Shown: positions 27,283 to 41,117, counted from the first letter of the stretch. The stretch: DNA of 64,000 nucleotides from Eledone cirrhosa (GCA_964016885.1 CAXHJY010000028.1:5769-69768), one strand, 5' to 3'. Notes: a model not told the origin generated them from the letters alone. Translations and numbers: made by a program.

Positions 27283-29799
27283 TATATATATATAAATGTG
27301 TGTGTGTTCCCATGACATTTATTTTCATAGAATGCATACAAATAAACACAATATATATATAAAGAAAAAGCAGGAAAGAAAACATGGGAGAAGATGCACA
27401 CATTCAATCACAAGCTATAACAAAGGGTGCTGATGTTTTCCTCTAATAATTTCTTAGGCAAGCCAATATGTTCATAGCATTGCCACAGTTGATAGTGAGG
27501 CTAAGATGCAGGAATAACCAAGCACCCTTGCAATCATCACCTAGTAAAGTATATCACCAGCAATGACAAGAACCTCATTGTCAGTGGCCCAGCTCCTCTT
27601 AATATCTTGAACTCCATAGGCTAAAAAAATAGGAAATTATTCTTAAAAGTTTGTAATTGTAGCAGTATATGACTTTACTGATTTTGATTCTTTGCAAGTA
27701 GCTTCTTGCATCTCTCAATAATGACCCCATAGCTATCATGAAAAGGAATTGTAAATGGGAGAGCCTGTATGGGAGAGCCTGTATGGTGCTCATCTCCAGT
27801 GTTTGTTTGCTGGTTGTGAATTTCTTGCTGATTAAAAACTGTTACATATCCTGTTATTCAAAAAATCTAATCCCTTTTTAGTATGTTAAATGAATTCCCA
27901 GAAATGATGTATTTATTAAGTGTTTAGGAAGACAGGGAACCTTGATATACTTAAACAAATATCTTAGCTTTTTCATTGAGGGATACTGGATAGAACTGGC
28001 TAAATGATGACACAGTCTCATTATGGTGGATTGGCAGAATCGGACCATAAGACCATGCTTTGCAACATGGAGTTGTGGCCCTTTACGTTCTGGGTTAAAA
28101 TCCCACCGAGGTTAGCTTTGCCTTTCATCCTTACGGGGTTGATAGAATAAAGCACCAGTAATGCACTGGGGTAATTGCTGACCTTGTGCCCAAAGTAGAA
28201 ACAATTATTAGATATTTGCAAACTTTCTGACAAGCACCAGCCCTGTATTGCACTTCTTTCTTTCTGTTCACTTTATCACACACACATTATATGCATAAAA
28301 TTTTATTTTATTGTGGATAAAACCCAACCATCATTTTTATATGTTAGTCCTGTTAGTAGATTTGTAATAAATTTTATTATTTTATTCATTTGGTAGTATC
28401 ACTTTTTTATGCTCAGGATTAGAAAGAAAATATATGATATAACTTACATGCCTTAATTGTACTATAACTCTACAACACTAAAAATTGGTTGGTTGTTATT
28501 TAGTTTAGTTGACATCTGATATCTTCAATATTTTGTATATTTTCTTTCTTTTTTCATTGAGTATGTGTTGTTTATAATTAAGAATTAAATTTAAGGAGAA
28601 TGAAATTTTTAAAAAATTCTTATTGTTAAGGCTATTATTTTTTTAAAGAACAGAGTGTAAATATTTCATTTTATAAACGTATCTTAATTCGATAAATGTC
28701 CATATTAATATTTAATGCAGGAAATATGTGTGTTTGTTGTTGGAATGCTGTTAAGTTGAATTTAAAATAATTGATTTTGAAAAGTCTGGTATAGCTTTTT
28801 GCTTCTATCTCTCTTATCTCATTTATGTTTATGCATGAATTTATAAAATTGCCTTTATTTGTCAGGATTTCTTTTGTGATTATTGCCATTGAAGGGTTAA
28901 ATTACTTTTCTATTTCTTTTTGTATTTTTCACCATTTTATACTTATCTTAGGCTTTTCACATTTCATCTTTCAAAACAACTATGAGCATGCTTGTTCTTC
29001 CTAGGAATATTTAAAAGGAACTTCATTGCATTTTGGGATACTTTGACGACTCTTTTTAATGTTACTGTTTTGCTATCTTTTGAGAAGAATGGAACATTAT
29101 CAAATCAATATTTCATGTTTCTTTATATTCTTTGTGAATTTTATTTGAAATAATTTGTTGTCTTCTCTCTTCAACCTCTATTTTTTGGCTTCTTATATCT
29201 CTAATATTTCAAGTACTTTCTTACTGCATTCTAAAATATTTTATTTAGTGAATGTTTAGAGCATAAAATTGAAGGTAATAATTTTACCAGATAATATTCC
29301 TTAGATGATGTACTTTAAAAGAATTTATTATTTTTAAAACACAGGTACCTAACATCCATGAAGAATAATGAAGTGTTTATTCATTGAACATACCTTTCTT
29401 ATCAGTTACATAATTTCAACATTATTTTCAGATATCTAATGATTTTATATATATATAAATCTTGTATTATTGCATTTTAATGGTTTAAAAAATTCTGATT
29501 ATTTAAAGAAATGTAGTATCTAGTACTAGAGCTAAAGGTATTGTCACAAATATCTGAATTAGCAGTATATACATATATTTATTTATTGTTATTATTTTTT
29601 GCACCTCTCAATTTCACCTTCAATTCTTTATCTGTTACTACACACCAAACCATACACCCACATGCATGCATAAAATATGTATTTGTCAATTTGTACCTTA
29701 AGTTTTCCATGTAAGTGTAGTTGTCAAACTAACCCTACAAACTTGTTAAATCAAATCTTTATTGACCGAGTTATTAGTTATATTATACAATTACATTTT

Positions 29800-29866
<67 letters not shown>

Positions 29867-29927
29867 CATACATGTATATGTATATATATATATATTATTT
29901 TTTTATATGTATATATATATATGTCTA

Positions 29928-30005
29928 CAGGGTGTCCCCCTAAAATGTATACACACTTCAACAGCAGTCTAATAAATATGTGTATACATTTTGGGGGACA
30001 CCCTG
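29928..30005. mobile_element. 78-bp Tc1/mariner MITE
   Basis: TA-flanked ~27-bp TIRs cagggtgtccccctaaaatgtatacaca / tgtgtatacattttgggggacaccctg. Confidence 0.85.
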
Positions 30006-30374
30006 TATATATATATATATATACATACAGTATAATTAAAATTTCATACACTTAACATGTATGCGTGACCTTAAGTTCGGAGTCCAGGTATGGCCACCAC
30101 TATATAGTAGAGGAGCTGTTTCAATGCTGTCCTCTCTTTATAAATTTATTAATATTATAGAGAATAACTTATATTCTTTTGGTTTAGCCTCTAAAATTAC
30201 TATAAGCAGTATTATTATACCATTTATACCACTTTATAGACTAATTACATATCTATGTTTCTGAAATGAATAGAAAATATATTTCTGCTGCATTATACTT
30301 GTATAAATGACAACAATGAATGTTTGTTTTTCACTAAAATTAAATGAGATAAATAGAAATATCAATCTTATTTC

Positions 30375-30705
30375 ATTAGCTTACTATATAAAATATATAA
30401 AGATTCATTATAAGAACCTTTAATTTTTATTATAAGAACCTTTAAATGAAAATTCCCTAATTATTACATTAAAAAATCAATATTTTTTCATTAATTTACT
30501 ATAAAAAATACGTTAAGATTTTTCATAAGAACCTTTAATTTTTATTATAAGAACCTTTAAATGAAAATTCCCTAATTATTACATAAAAAAATCAATATTT
30601 TTTCATTAATTTACTATAAAAAATGTTAAAATTTTTCATAAGAACCTTTAATTTTTATCATAAGAACATTTAAATGAAAATTTCCTAATCATGACATAAA
30701 AATCC
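30375..30705 (+). repeat. AT-rich ~115-bp tandem repeat (~3 copies)
   Basis: ataagaacctttaatttttattataagaacctttaaatgaaaattccctaat recurs at ~30410, ~30526 and ~30638. Confidence 0.85.
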
Positions 30706-31477
30706 ATAAAACGATATAAATACCAGTTAGATTTGTTAGTTATGTAATTATAAAAGGCAAAAAAAAAAATTAATAAAACTAATTCAATTTAAAGTTTCTG
30801 ATATGACTCTTCTCAAAATTGGAGATTTTAATTATAAATGAATTTCATAATAAAATCAAAGTATTAAAAAAGTACTTTGTCATGAAATCTTAGATTAAAT
30901 TCACTTTCATAAAATGGAAATAAAATTTTTTACTAAAATCTATTTTTTAATCAAATTCTATCATCTCTGAAATTATGAGTTTATTGTTATTATTATGAAA
31001 TATGGTGGATTGCCAGTATCGGTAGAGCGTCGGACAAAATGCTTCATGGCATAGAGTTACGGCCCTTTACGTTCTGAGTTCAAATCCCGCCAAGGTTACC
31101 TTTGCCTTTCATCCTTAAGGGGTCGATAAAATAAAGTACCAGTAATACACTGGGGTCGATTTAATCGACTTTCCCCTCCCCTTCAAATTACTGGCTTTGT
31201 GCCTAAAGTAGAAACTATTATTATGATTATTATTATTATTTGGCAGAATTGTTAAAGTGTTGGACAAAATGCCTTGCGGTATTTAGTTACAGCCCTTGAC
31301 ATTCTGAATTCAAATTTTGCAACGGTCAACTTTGCCTTTCATCTCTTTGGAGTTGATAAAATAAAGTACCAGTCAAACACTGGGGTCAGTTTAGTCAATT
31401 TTCCCTTCTCCCTAAAATTACCAGCCTTGTACCTGAATTAGAAACCATTATTAATGTCGTTGTTGTTGTTGTTGATG

Positions 31478-31512
<35 letters not shown>

Positions 31513-31915
31513 GAGTATCTCTAAATATTGCATATTCTTTTTCATTTTTTTCTTCTGTAATTTAAGGAAGATAAAAACAAATATATTATATTTAATTTAC
31601 ATTATTGATATTTTAAAATTTAATACTTTGTAAATGAAATAAATAATTTAGTGTCAATAATAAAAAAAAATAGATTGTATTAATTTCAATACCTTTTATA
31701 TAATATGCCTTTATATATGATTTCAGAATTTGACACTAAAATTGTAGTTTGTTATTCAGTAACTTACTTTAAAGTCTGTAAATTCAACAACCTTTCGTTA
31801 TTTATAAATTATCTTTTTCTAAATTATAATCTTTAATATTTTTGTTGTTGTTGTTGCTGCTGTTATTTTTTTCTAAACTTGTTTTCTAATATCCTGAATA
31901 TTATTGCCATTTTAG

Positions 31916-32072
31916 GCATTCGCTTGGTTCAGTGACTTGCTGGTTGAACATACAGAATTATTCTGGTCACTTTTTGCTGTAGACATGGATGCAGCTTTAG
32001 AAATGCAAGCACCAGATACCTGGGACAGTTTCCCTCTGTTCCAGCTGTTGAATGATTACTTAAGAAATGACG
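31916..32072 (+). CDS. CADPS: Calcium-dependent secretion activator (CAPS) internal exon, MUN/MHD1 region
   Basis: ttttag|GCA...GAC G|gtaggt, 157 nt. Translates [52 protein letters not shown], closely matching the CAPS motif AFAW.SDL.VEH...[28 protein letters not shown] as recalled. Confidence 0.95.
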
Positions 32073-32089
32073 GTAGGTCCATATCATTT

Positions 32090-32430
32090 CATCATTTTCA
32101 TTTCATTTTACGTCCGCTTTTTCCCCTGCTTGCAAGGGTGGGACGGGAACTGATTCTGGCTTGATTTCTACAGCTGGATGCTCTTCCTAACACCAACCTC
32201 ATTTACAGTGAGTGCTGGGTGCTTTTTTGCCGCGGCACCACCACGACCACTTTACAGTGGAATGATAGGGACCCCAGTCCCTATCATCTCATTTCTACAG
32301 CTGAGTAAACTGGAGCAATGTGAAATAAAGTGTCTTGCTCAAGGAAACAACACATCACCTGGTCTGAGAATTAAACTCACAACCTTTCGATTGCAAAGCC
32401 AATGCTCTAACCACTAAGCCATGTGCCTCC
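32090..32430 (-). mobile_element. SINE family B, inserted antisense ~20 nt downstream of the CADPS 5' splice site
   Basis: Near-identical to 26945-27282. Confidence 0.85.
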
Positions 32431-32701
32431 ACTGCTCTAACCACTAAGCCATGTGCCTCCACTGCTCTAACCACTAAGCCATGTGCCCCCACTGCTCTAA
32501 CCACTAAGCCATGTGCCTCCACTGCTCTAACCACTAAGCCATGTGCCTCCACTGCTCTAACCACTAAGCCATGTGCCCCACTGCTCTAACCACTAAGCCA
32601 TGTGCCTCCACTGCTCTAACCACTAAGCCATGTGCCTCCACTGCTCTAACCACTAAGCCATGTGCCTCCACTGCTCTAACCACTAAGCCATGTGCCTCCA
32701 C
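32403..32701 (-). repeat. 30-bp tandem array (10 units) of the SINE 5' head containing the Pol III A box
   Basis: Unit tgctctaaccactaagccatgtgcctccac; minus strand gtggaggcacaTGGCTTAGTGGttagagca. Confidence 0.9.
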
Positions 32702-33021
32702 ATATGTATTTACTAATGTAGCATTCTCTTATTTACTAATATTCCACTATAGTTAATATTTGATTAATTTTTTTTCTTTTGTTCTTTTACTGGTTTCAAT
32801 CATCAGACAACAGCTATGCTGGGGCAACCCCTTAAAGGGATGAAGTCAATCATATTGACCCCCTTATTTATTTTAAGCCAGGAACTTTTTGTTGAAATGC
32901 CAAGTTAAGCCACATAACCACAGACACAAATGTAAAGACACACACACACATATATTTTTCTCTAAAAAATATATTTCTGATTTCACCTTGCTCATCCCCT
33001 CAATCTTTCTAATTTCTCCTT

Positions 33022-33060
33022 CGTTATGCTGATGAAGGACTAGCGTCTGAAACGTTAACA
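33022..33060 (+). ncRNA. Minimal hammerhead ribozyme motif (degenerate stem I)
   Basis: CTGATGA a GGAC tagc GTCT GAAA CGTT, with palindromic stem III AACGTT, in a microsatellite-flanked ~180-bp element. Confidence 0.6.
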
Positions 33061-33148
33061 CCCTCTTCCTGCTATTTCAAGCATTAAACTAATATATTCC
33101 TTCCATATACTGTACCGTTTGTGTTGTTATTTCTGTTTTTACACACAC

Positions 33149-33247
<99 letters not shown>

Positions 33248-33559
33248 CACACACATGATTGGCTTTTTTCCTTAACCACACAGCCGTGTCTGTGCCTAAA
33301 TCAGTAACTTCCTTTTTACTGTTTAGTCAAGGAGGGGGGTACAGTGTCCATGACTCTTCCCAGAAACTCTGAGACTCATTGGAAATGGAGAGGAATGAAG
33401 ATATTTACCAATTTTAGTCTAGGCCTAAATGCAGATAACAGAGTGGAATATATTCAATAAAATTAAGTTTTTTGACATCAGATAACATTGTCTGATGGGA
33501 TGATAAAAGTTCAGTGAGCTACCACCTCTGTTGACAAAAGGCTTGAATGTATGAATTAA

Positions 33560-33851
33560 AAGCTGGCTATAAGATGCCTGCATGTGATGTGCAATGTTGC
33601 ATATTAGTGTGACATGGGTAGAGAATGCAGAAGATATTTAAAGGCTCAAGATAAATGAAATAAGAATGCTTTGATGGATGTGCAATGTTAATGTGCATGA
33701 TCAACAAAGCATGGATGAGCTGAGAGACCAACTGGGTATAAGAGAAATCAGATGTTGTGTACAAGAGAGAAGGCTGCACTAGTATGGGCGTGTGATGCAT
33801 ATGAACGATGATAATTGGGTAAAAGAGTACCAGGAAGAAGTTGCAGTAGAG
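33560..33851 (+). mobile_element. RTE 3' fragment (left part), split by the hAT insertion; continues at 36320-36500
   Basis: ...agagaaggctgcactagtatgggcgtgtgatgcatatgaac... (RRL.WYG.VM.M-like). Resumes gaggaagcacaaaaaagatctgg...(tga)n. Confidence 0.75.
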
Positions 33852-36319
33852 CAGTGGTTCTTAACCTTTTTACTTGTTCGTACCCCATTCAATTCACCAG
33901 CCAGTTCTCGCACCCCCTTCCAGAATTGATGAAAAGCAATATTGATATCATAATCATAATGTGTAAGTAACAAAACAATCATGTATTTAATTCTTTATTT
34001 ACATAACTGACAACAAAATAATGCATTGCAGGATTACAAAAATCAAGATTACATTCATACTAGTAAAAAAACGAAATAACATTGTGCTTGTACTATGCAT
34101 GGTGTGCTGTGAATTATTATGGCTGAGCGCCAAATTCAGTGACTTTGTTGCTGTTGCTTTCCATTTATGATGGCATCAAATCTTGGTGTCTTGGTGCTGA
34201 GTGCCACTCGCATGTCGTGTTGAGGATCCAGCCGATTTCGGCTCTTGGTTTTGATGTGAAGCAGACAGGAAAATCCAGTCTCGCAGAGGTAAGTAGTCGC
34301 GAAAGGCGTGAGCACAGTGAGAGCCTTCTTTGCCAGTGTAGGATACGTTTCCAACTGAGAAGCCCAGAAGTGCTCCAAGTGACCATCGGTAAACTCCATT
34401 TGCATTCCACGATTGTTTCTGAGTTCGATGAGATCTTCCTTGATGTTGCTATCATCATCAACATCTTCCATATTATGCTTAAAAGGGTGCCGGATCCAGT
34501 CATCACAGGGTTTTAGCTCTCCACACGAGAAGTAGTCATCAAATGAGGTGCACAGTATCTGCAGATGTTCAATAATTTTTGAAACAAAATCTTGATGTAG
34601 GCAAGCATCCTCTGTTACTGTTTCTTCAAGGGAAGGAAAATTTGCCAAGTTCCCTTTCTTTAAACGCCTAATCCACAAAACAATTTTGTCTTTGAATGTA
34701 GCCAACTTCTCACTTGCAATCAAAATGTTCATCCCTCTTCCTTGTAGTGAGCGATTGAGCTCATTGAGTGCTGTGAACACATCAGCCAAATAGGCAAGCA
34801 TTTGAATAAATTCAGGATCATCAAAATATCCAGCCAGTTCTTGTCCCAGTCCGTGGAGAAACTGCTGAATTTCTTCTCGCAATTCAAACATACGAGATAG
34901 CACATGCCCACGTGACAGCCACCTCACTTCGGTATGGTACAACAGCACAGTGTGTTCCTGACCCACTTCCTCACAAAATAACTGAAACAGTCGATGATTC
35001 AGAGCACGACCACGAATCATATTCACGATCTTCACAAATCTCCAAAGTCTTTTTCAGGTATGGGGGCAATGTTTTTGCTGCAAGAGCCTGCCGAGGAAGA
35101 AAGCAGTGGGTAATCTTCAGTTCAGGAATTTCTTTTCTCATCAATGCAGCAAACCCTGAACGATTGCCTAGCACGGCTGGTGCACCATCAGTACATATGG
35201 AACCAATCTTGTCAAGATGAAGTTGGTATCTTGTGAAGAATTCTTTTATCATACTGAACACATCTATGGCTTTCGATGTTGTGTTCAGTGAGTTACAGAA
35301 AAGAAAACTTTCTTCCACTTTATTGTTCTTCACGTACGGGACTAATACCAATAGCTGACAACAATTTGACACATCTGTTGACTCATCCACTTGTAGGCTA
35401 ATCTTTACTGGACTGGCCTTGATGTCTGCAATAACTTGCTCCAGGATATCATCACTCATGTCGATGATTCGGTTACGGATCACATCATTTGATAAAGACA
35501 CTTGTTGCAGTTTCCTCGCAGCTTCCTGACCGAGAACAGTCTTTGCCATTTCAAGGGCACACGGCTTGATCAATTCCTCGGGAATCGTATGGGGCTTCTT
35601 TGACTTAGCAACCAGGTATGCAACTTGATAAGAAGCATGTAATAAAGGTTTCACTGTTGGTATAAATCCGTGTGTCAGCAAAGTGCCGGCACGATCAAAC
35701 CTAGCTCTTTTGACTCGTAATGTTGCAAGATCATTCTCTGCATCCTTGCCACCATGTCTGTTCTTAAAATGTTCGTCAAGCTTTGATGGCTTCAAATTTG
35801 CGTTGGAGAACATGGTGCTGCATAGGATACACTGTGGACGTTGTGTACCATCCTTCTCATCAGTAACACACGTGAAGCCATACTGAACATAGTCATCATT
35901 CCACCTTCGTTTTTTGGACATACTGATGATAAACCTGGAAAACAATAATTTTTATGAGCAAAATTGAAGTTACAATAAAAGCATAGTGTGCATGTCTGTG
36001 ATACATGTCTATACCAGAGGCGCACATCCGGGGGGCGAGGGGGCGAGATCATTTCAGGTGTGGCGAAAATGACCTTCGCCCCCAATAATTTTCAATGAAA
36101 TGGACTCTCTGGCCATGTTTATGACAAATTTAATGAAAAAAATGCAAAATAATTTTATAAATTATCCCTAATGCCAATTAGCACAATGACTTCTTGATTT
36201 CCAGAATTTTTCACTTTTTTCGGTTACCCGACCATTATTCCCGAAAAATTGTAAATTTACCCCAGGGTATCCTCGCACCCCCTAGGAAGCATTCTCGCAC
36301 CCCTGGTTAAGAACCACTG
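33852..36319 (-). mobile_element. Near-intact hAT (Buster/Charlie subfamily) DNA transposon, 2468 bp
   Basis: Perfect 15-bp TIRs cagtggttcttaacc / ggttaagaaccactg. Perfect 8-bp TSD cagTAgag (33844-33851, 36320-36327) with a central TA typical of Buster. Subterminal cgcacccc repeats. Confidence 0.97.
34136..35921 (-). pseudogene. hAT transposase (ZBED5/ZBED8/SCAND3/FAM200-like) with a single frameshift near 35035
   Basis: MSKKRRWNDDYVQYGF, BED-like PQCILC...LKPSKLDEHF..H, LQVDEST, CTDGAPA, HTEVRWLSRG, ATTYLCETGFS, ...QQSH*. The two ORFs join if 2 nt are restored (TGTG to TGTGTG). Confidence 0.92.
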
Positions 36320-37550
36320 CAGTAGAGGAAGCACAAAAAAGATCTGGGTGGAGGTGTTGAGAGCTGAACAAAAATTACTGAAACTCACAGAGGAGATGAT
36401 GAAGGAATGCAGCAAGTAGAGGAAGGCTGTGCTGGAAAAGATCCATCCAACCCATGCAAGCATGGAAAAGTGGACGTAAAAGTGATGATGATGATGATAA
36501 GACCAGATATAAAATGCGTAGCCTTGTTATATACAATTTTCAATCATAGTTTTTACCAGTTGGTAGGTTTTCAATGAAATTATTTTACAAAATGTTTTTT
36601 TTTTATTCTTATTCAGAAGAAGTTGCTAATCTTTATGGGAAACTCATAAATATTACAATTATTATTTTCCCTTTCCACCTAAAAAGTCAATAGAACTGAC
36701 ATCTTCAGGTATAAAAAGTCAGTCTGTAAATGCAAATCTATAACTTTTATAAGAAAATAAGTCTGGTTACTTCATTTGTAGAATATATATTTACCAACAG
36801 TGAAGCTCACAATGAAAATTGATTGTCAGTTTACAAGGTGAGGAGGAATGTGTGTGGATCACAACATCACCTGTCAAAAGCTAAACCAATCAATCATAGC
36901 TAGAGAAGAGATAGGTACCACCTGTGTATCTGCTTATTGAATCACAGCATGATAATGCAACAACATTGAAATGCCATACTGGATCAGTCAAGGCCTTTGG
37001 CTAATAACCAGGAAATATGGAGGAAGGTGTTACACCTCTTCCTGTGCACCTACATCCCCCCTAGACTATAGGTATTGATTGATTGATTGAATATCATTAT
37101 CAGCACAATCATCATCATCATCATCATCTTTATGTTTCCTTTGTATGCTGGCATGGGTTGGACGATCCATAGTCTGAATCAGTTTTTATTCAGAGTTACT
37201 GCACTCCTAGGTGGATCATAGGTTCCATTTGTGGCACGATTTTTACAGTTGGATGCTCTTTCTAACACTGACCACTTTACAGAGTGAACTGGGGGAATTT
37301 TATGATGGCACCAACACTAGAGAGGTCATCATGACTTAAGCGTGTCCAAATACATACATACATACATACATACATAGGCACATACAACACACACACATAG
37401 ACAATTTATTTTTTCCCATAATTTCATTTAGAATGAAATCCTAAAACTTGTCATTTAAAAATAATAATTACTGTTAATTTTCCTAATATTTCATGTTTGC
37501 CTCAGTAACAGAAACTTCATTTAAAAAGTGATAATTGTAATCTAGTTATC

Positions 37551-37603
<53 letters not shown>

Positions 37604-37826
37604 AAATCAAGCCAAAATTGGTAGAAATCTAGCCAAAATAAGTTCTGTATGAGCATGACATGATCACCTGACCTAGCATTTCTCACAACAAGATAACTCA
37701 TCTAACCCATGCCAGCATGGAAAATTAACGTTAAATGGTGATGATGATGATGATATATATATATATATACACACACACTCTCTCTCTCGTGTGTTATCTT
37801 TTCTACGTATTATATACATATATATA

Positions 37827-37877
<51 letters not shown>

Positions 37878-38004
37878 CCAACCAAACAGTGAGTGTGTTC
37901 TGTTATTAATTCTGGTAATATTACACAAATATGACCCTCCCCAAGTATAACAATATTTGTTTCAACACACGATTTCATATAAAAAACCTCGCAAAACTAA
38001 TATA

Positions 38005-38571
38005 TATCATCATCATCATCATCAACGTTTAACGTCCGTGTTCCACACTTGCATGGGTTTGGACGGGGGTAGTCCCACTTGAGGCAAGAGTGATTGTCTT
38101 GCTCGCATAGGACTGTCTGGCAGGTTTTCTACAGTTGGATGCCCTTCCTAACACCAACCACATTTACAGTGTGGGTCTGGGAGGTTTTTACCGTGTTTCC
38201 TACACAGCCACATTACAGCATGGACTGTGTGTTTTTTTGTCGTGACACCTACACGATCTCATTTGTTTCGGCCTGGATGGCGCGGCACCAACATAACTTT
38301 ACATAGAACGGGGTGGTGTGGATGGGGTGGGGGTGGTGGCGGGACGGGGTGTATTTTGTTAGAGATGCCTACTGGCAAGGCGGGTCTTCTCTGTTACTGA
38401 GTACCGCCAAAGGTCTCGGTCCAGTGACATTGTCTTGGAGAGGTGTAAGTGTGTGAGGTCAGAGTTTATCAGCTCGTCCCAGGTTTTTCTAGGTCTGCCT
38501 ATTCCGTGGCTACCGTCTATCTTTATTGCCCTGCACTTTGTAATACAGCTATCGACTTTCATGCGCATCAT
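38005..38571 (-). mobile_element. RTE LINE 3' end with full 3' UTR and (TGA)n
   Basis: MRMKVDSCITKCRAIKIDGSHGIGRPRKTWDELINSDL..., followed by the shared tail. Confidence 0.85.
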
Positions 38572-38584
38572 GTATATATATATG

Positions 38585-38620
<36 letters not shown>

Positions 38621-38852
38621 CCTACTCACCACTCCTCCATGCATTGAGAGAGAGAGAGATTCTGTGTGTGGGAGTTAGTGCTATGATAAAATTCACCTGC
38701 AACACTCTGTAAATAGAAGGACTGATGCCACAATGAAACCCCCAATAATTACAGTGATTTGGCCAACGTGATTTTGTGACAATAATCCTTCTAAATTGAA
38801 ATAAAAGTATTTTAAATTCAAGTATTTATTTGGTATTCTTGTTTCATTGCAG

Positions 38853-38994
38853 AAAATCTTTGCAACGGCAAATTTCATCAACATCTGCGTGATGTTTTTG
38901 CACCACAGGTTGTGAGATATGTGGATTTAATGGAGTCTTCGATTGCACAGTCAATTCATAAAGGTTTTGAAAAAGAACGTTGGGATGCACAAGG
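38853..38994 (+). CDS. CADPS: CAPS internal exon following 31916-32072
   Basis: ttgcag|AA AAT...CAA GG|gtaaga, 142 nt. The phase-1 join completes GAA. Translates [48 protein letters not shown], the conserved CAPS motif [10 protein letters not shown]...[23 protein letters not shown]. Confidence 0.95.
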
Positions 38995-39413
38995 GTAAGA
39001 TTACATTTAATTTAGAAAATTAATATTATTTTCTTATATGTTTAAAATGACTGTAAACCCTTTAGCATTTACATTACTCTATATTTACTATAGTATTTTC
39101 AAGGTAAAGGCCTCACAAAATTATTTCACATAATATCGAATCTACAAGACTTTGATATTATTTATTTTGAGAACAATACTTTAACATAAGTATCAGCCAC
39201 TGGTTATGGCTGGTTTGAACAGAAAGAGGTGAGAGAATTCTGGCTGGATATGGACGGTTTAAATGCTAAAGGGTTAAAACCTGTAAAATTTATTATGGAT
39301 TGTCATGTGATTGGATTACATGCTGGAATAAAAAATAAAAGCGAGAAAATCATAAAAATTCATAAGTTTATATAATAAATTTATAATACTAAATTTGTGC
39401 ATATGTAATTATG

Positions 39414-40604
39414 TATGAGGGAAGGTTTGAAACATATCAAATATTTAATGTCTTGACATTAAAGAAGGAGCATTGTAAAAGCCAAATGCTTTGAGTTATA
39501 TTTTATTTTATTACTGTTAAAAGAGTCTTCAAAATGTTAAAAATGAGTATAGGATAGTCATCAGATTTCTCCCCAAGAAACATGTTCCTCAAATATGGAA
39601 TATGTTTACATGGGGTTATTTCACTTTATTTAGTACTGTAAAAAATAGTGGACATTGTTTCATGTGAGGAGAGAACTACTAGAAAATGAAAAACATGAAG
39701 GATATCCACATATTACAACAACCCGTCAAAGAATTGTCCTTGAGGAAGAAGTAATGGTTGACCACTATTTCAAGATGAAAGAATTTACAGTGATGGTTTA
39801 TCTGTTTACAACAATTCACTGCATGTTACATGGTCACTTTCAGAGAGATAAATTTAGCACAATATGAGTACCAAAACTTCTTTCCTCAGTTCAAAAAACA
39901 AAAACAAAGAAAGGAATATTAACCCTTTAGCATTTACATTACTCTATATGTATACTATTGTATCTTTGTGGTAAAGGCTTTACCTCACATAATTATCTCA
40001 CATAATATCGAATCTACAAGATTTTGATATTATTTATTTTGAGAACAATACCTTAACCTCAGTATGAGCTGCTGGTTTTGGCTGGTTTGAACAGAAAGAG
40101 GTGAGAGAATTCTGGCCGGATATGGCTGGTTTAAATGCTAAAGGGTTAAAAGTATTAATATTTCTGTCATTGCAAAAAAAGTATGTTGTTCATTCCATTG
40201 TAATTGGAAATGAAACTATGATCTTGTATTATAATATTTTGTCAAATAAAAATCCATGAAATGGCATTGTCCAGATGAAGCTGTCTTCGAACAAAAAAAA
40301 AAAAAAAGACACCCGAATCCCCCACCCACCCCCACCCAATAATGGGGCGGGGGGGGGGGGGGAATTATCAAAACTCCAGCTGAGAGAGAAAATATTCTCA
40401 AACAATGATGGATTAAAGACTATTTTTGAGCACTTTCAGTTGAAATACATGGACTACTTTTACAATGGGATTCAAAAGCTAATTCCCCATTCTAATAAGT
40501 ATATTCAAATATGAGGTGATTATATTGAAAAATAATAAAACTATTTTTTACAATTTCTTTCATTTTCCTATTTAGGCTGAGAACTCTTGCACCTTCTCTC
40601 GTAC
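39414..40604 (+). mobile_element. Decayed mariner transposon interrupted by a piggyBac-type MITE
   Basis: Ends tatgagggaaggtttgaaa...ttctctcgta. Remnant motifs (W)VPKLL, IVIGNET and FYNGIQKL...GDYIEK. Confidence 0.7.
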
Positions 40605-41117
40605 ATGTGAGCAAATAGGGGCATGTGTGTATTTATAAGTGAGAGAGAGAGAGAGAGTGCGTGTGTGTGTGCGTGTGTGCTGAACCACCTACTTGTTTAA
40701 AAGTAAAACAGTTGTTCATTGAGTACTACTTGTGGTTAAATCAGTAAAGATATATCCATATATAACATATTCTTTGATAGCTAGTTTCATTAACAAATTA
40801 ATGATGCATTAACAGAGTTATGTTTTAATGCAATGTTGTATTACAATATATCTATAGATGTTAACCAATACTGTACATAGACATTCTATAGTACAATATG
40901 AAATGAACCTCCATTGGTTTCAACAATGAGTGCTCCAGTTATTTGATCAATGGAACAGCCTGCATATGAAATTAATGTGCAAGTGGCTGAGCATTCCATA
41001 GGCACATGCACTGAAACACAATTCTTGGGAGATTTAACACGACACATTGTGTGACAAGGCTGATTTTTGAATTACTGGTACACTCTATCTGATTAATCTC
41101 CAAACAATTTCTGTCTA

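Noticed and set aside
26390-27830. Possible old non-LTR retrotransposon relic on the minus strand around the SINE
   Set aside because: Composition suggests decayed coding sequence, but no diagnostic motif could be read with confidence.
32073-32164. Extension of ORF 31937-32164 beyond ...LRND
   Set aside because: CAPS similarity stops at the gtaggt donor; the remainder is read-through into an antisense SINE tail.
34136-35921. Domesticated host gene (ZBED5/ZBED8/FAM200)
   Set aside because: It is bounded by intact TIRs and a TSD, inserted into an RTE fragment and frameshifted, so it is a transposon copy.
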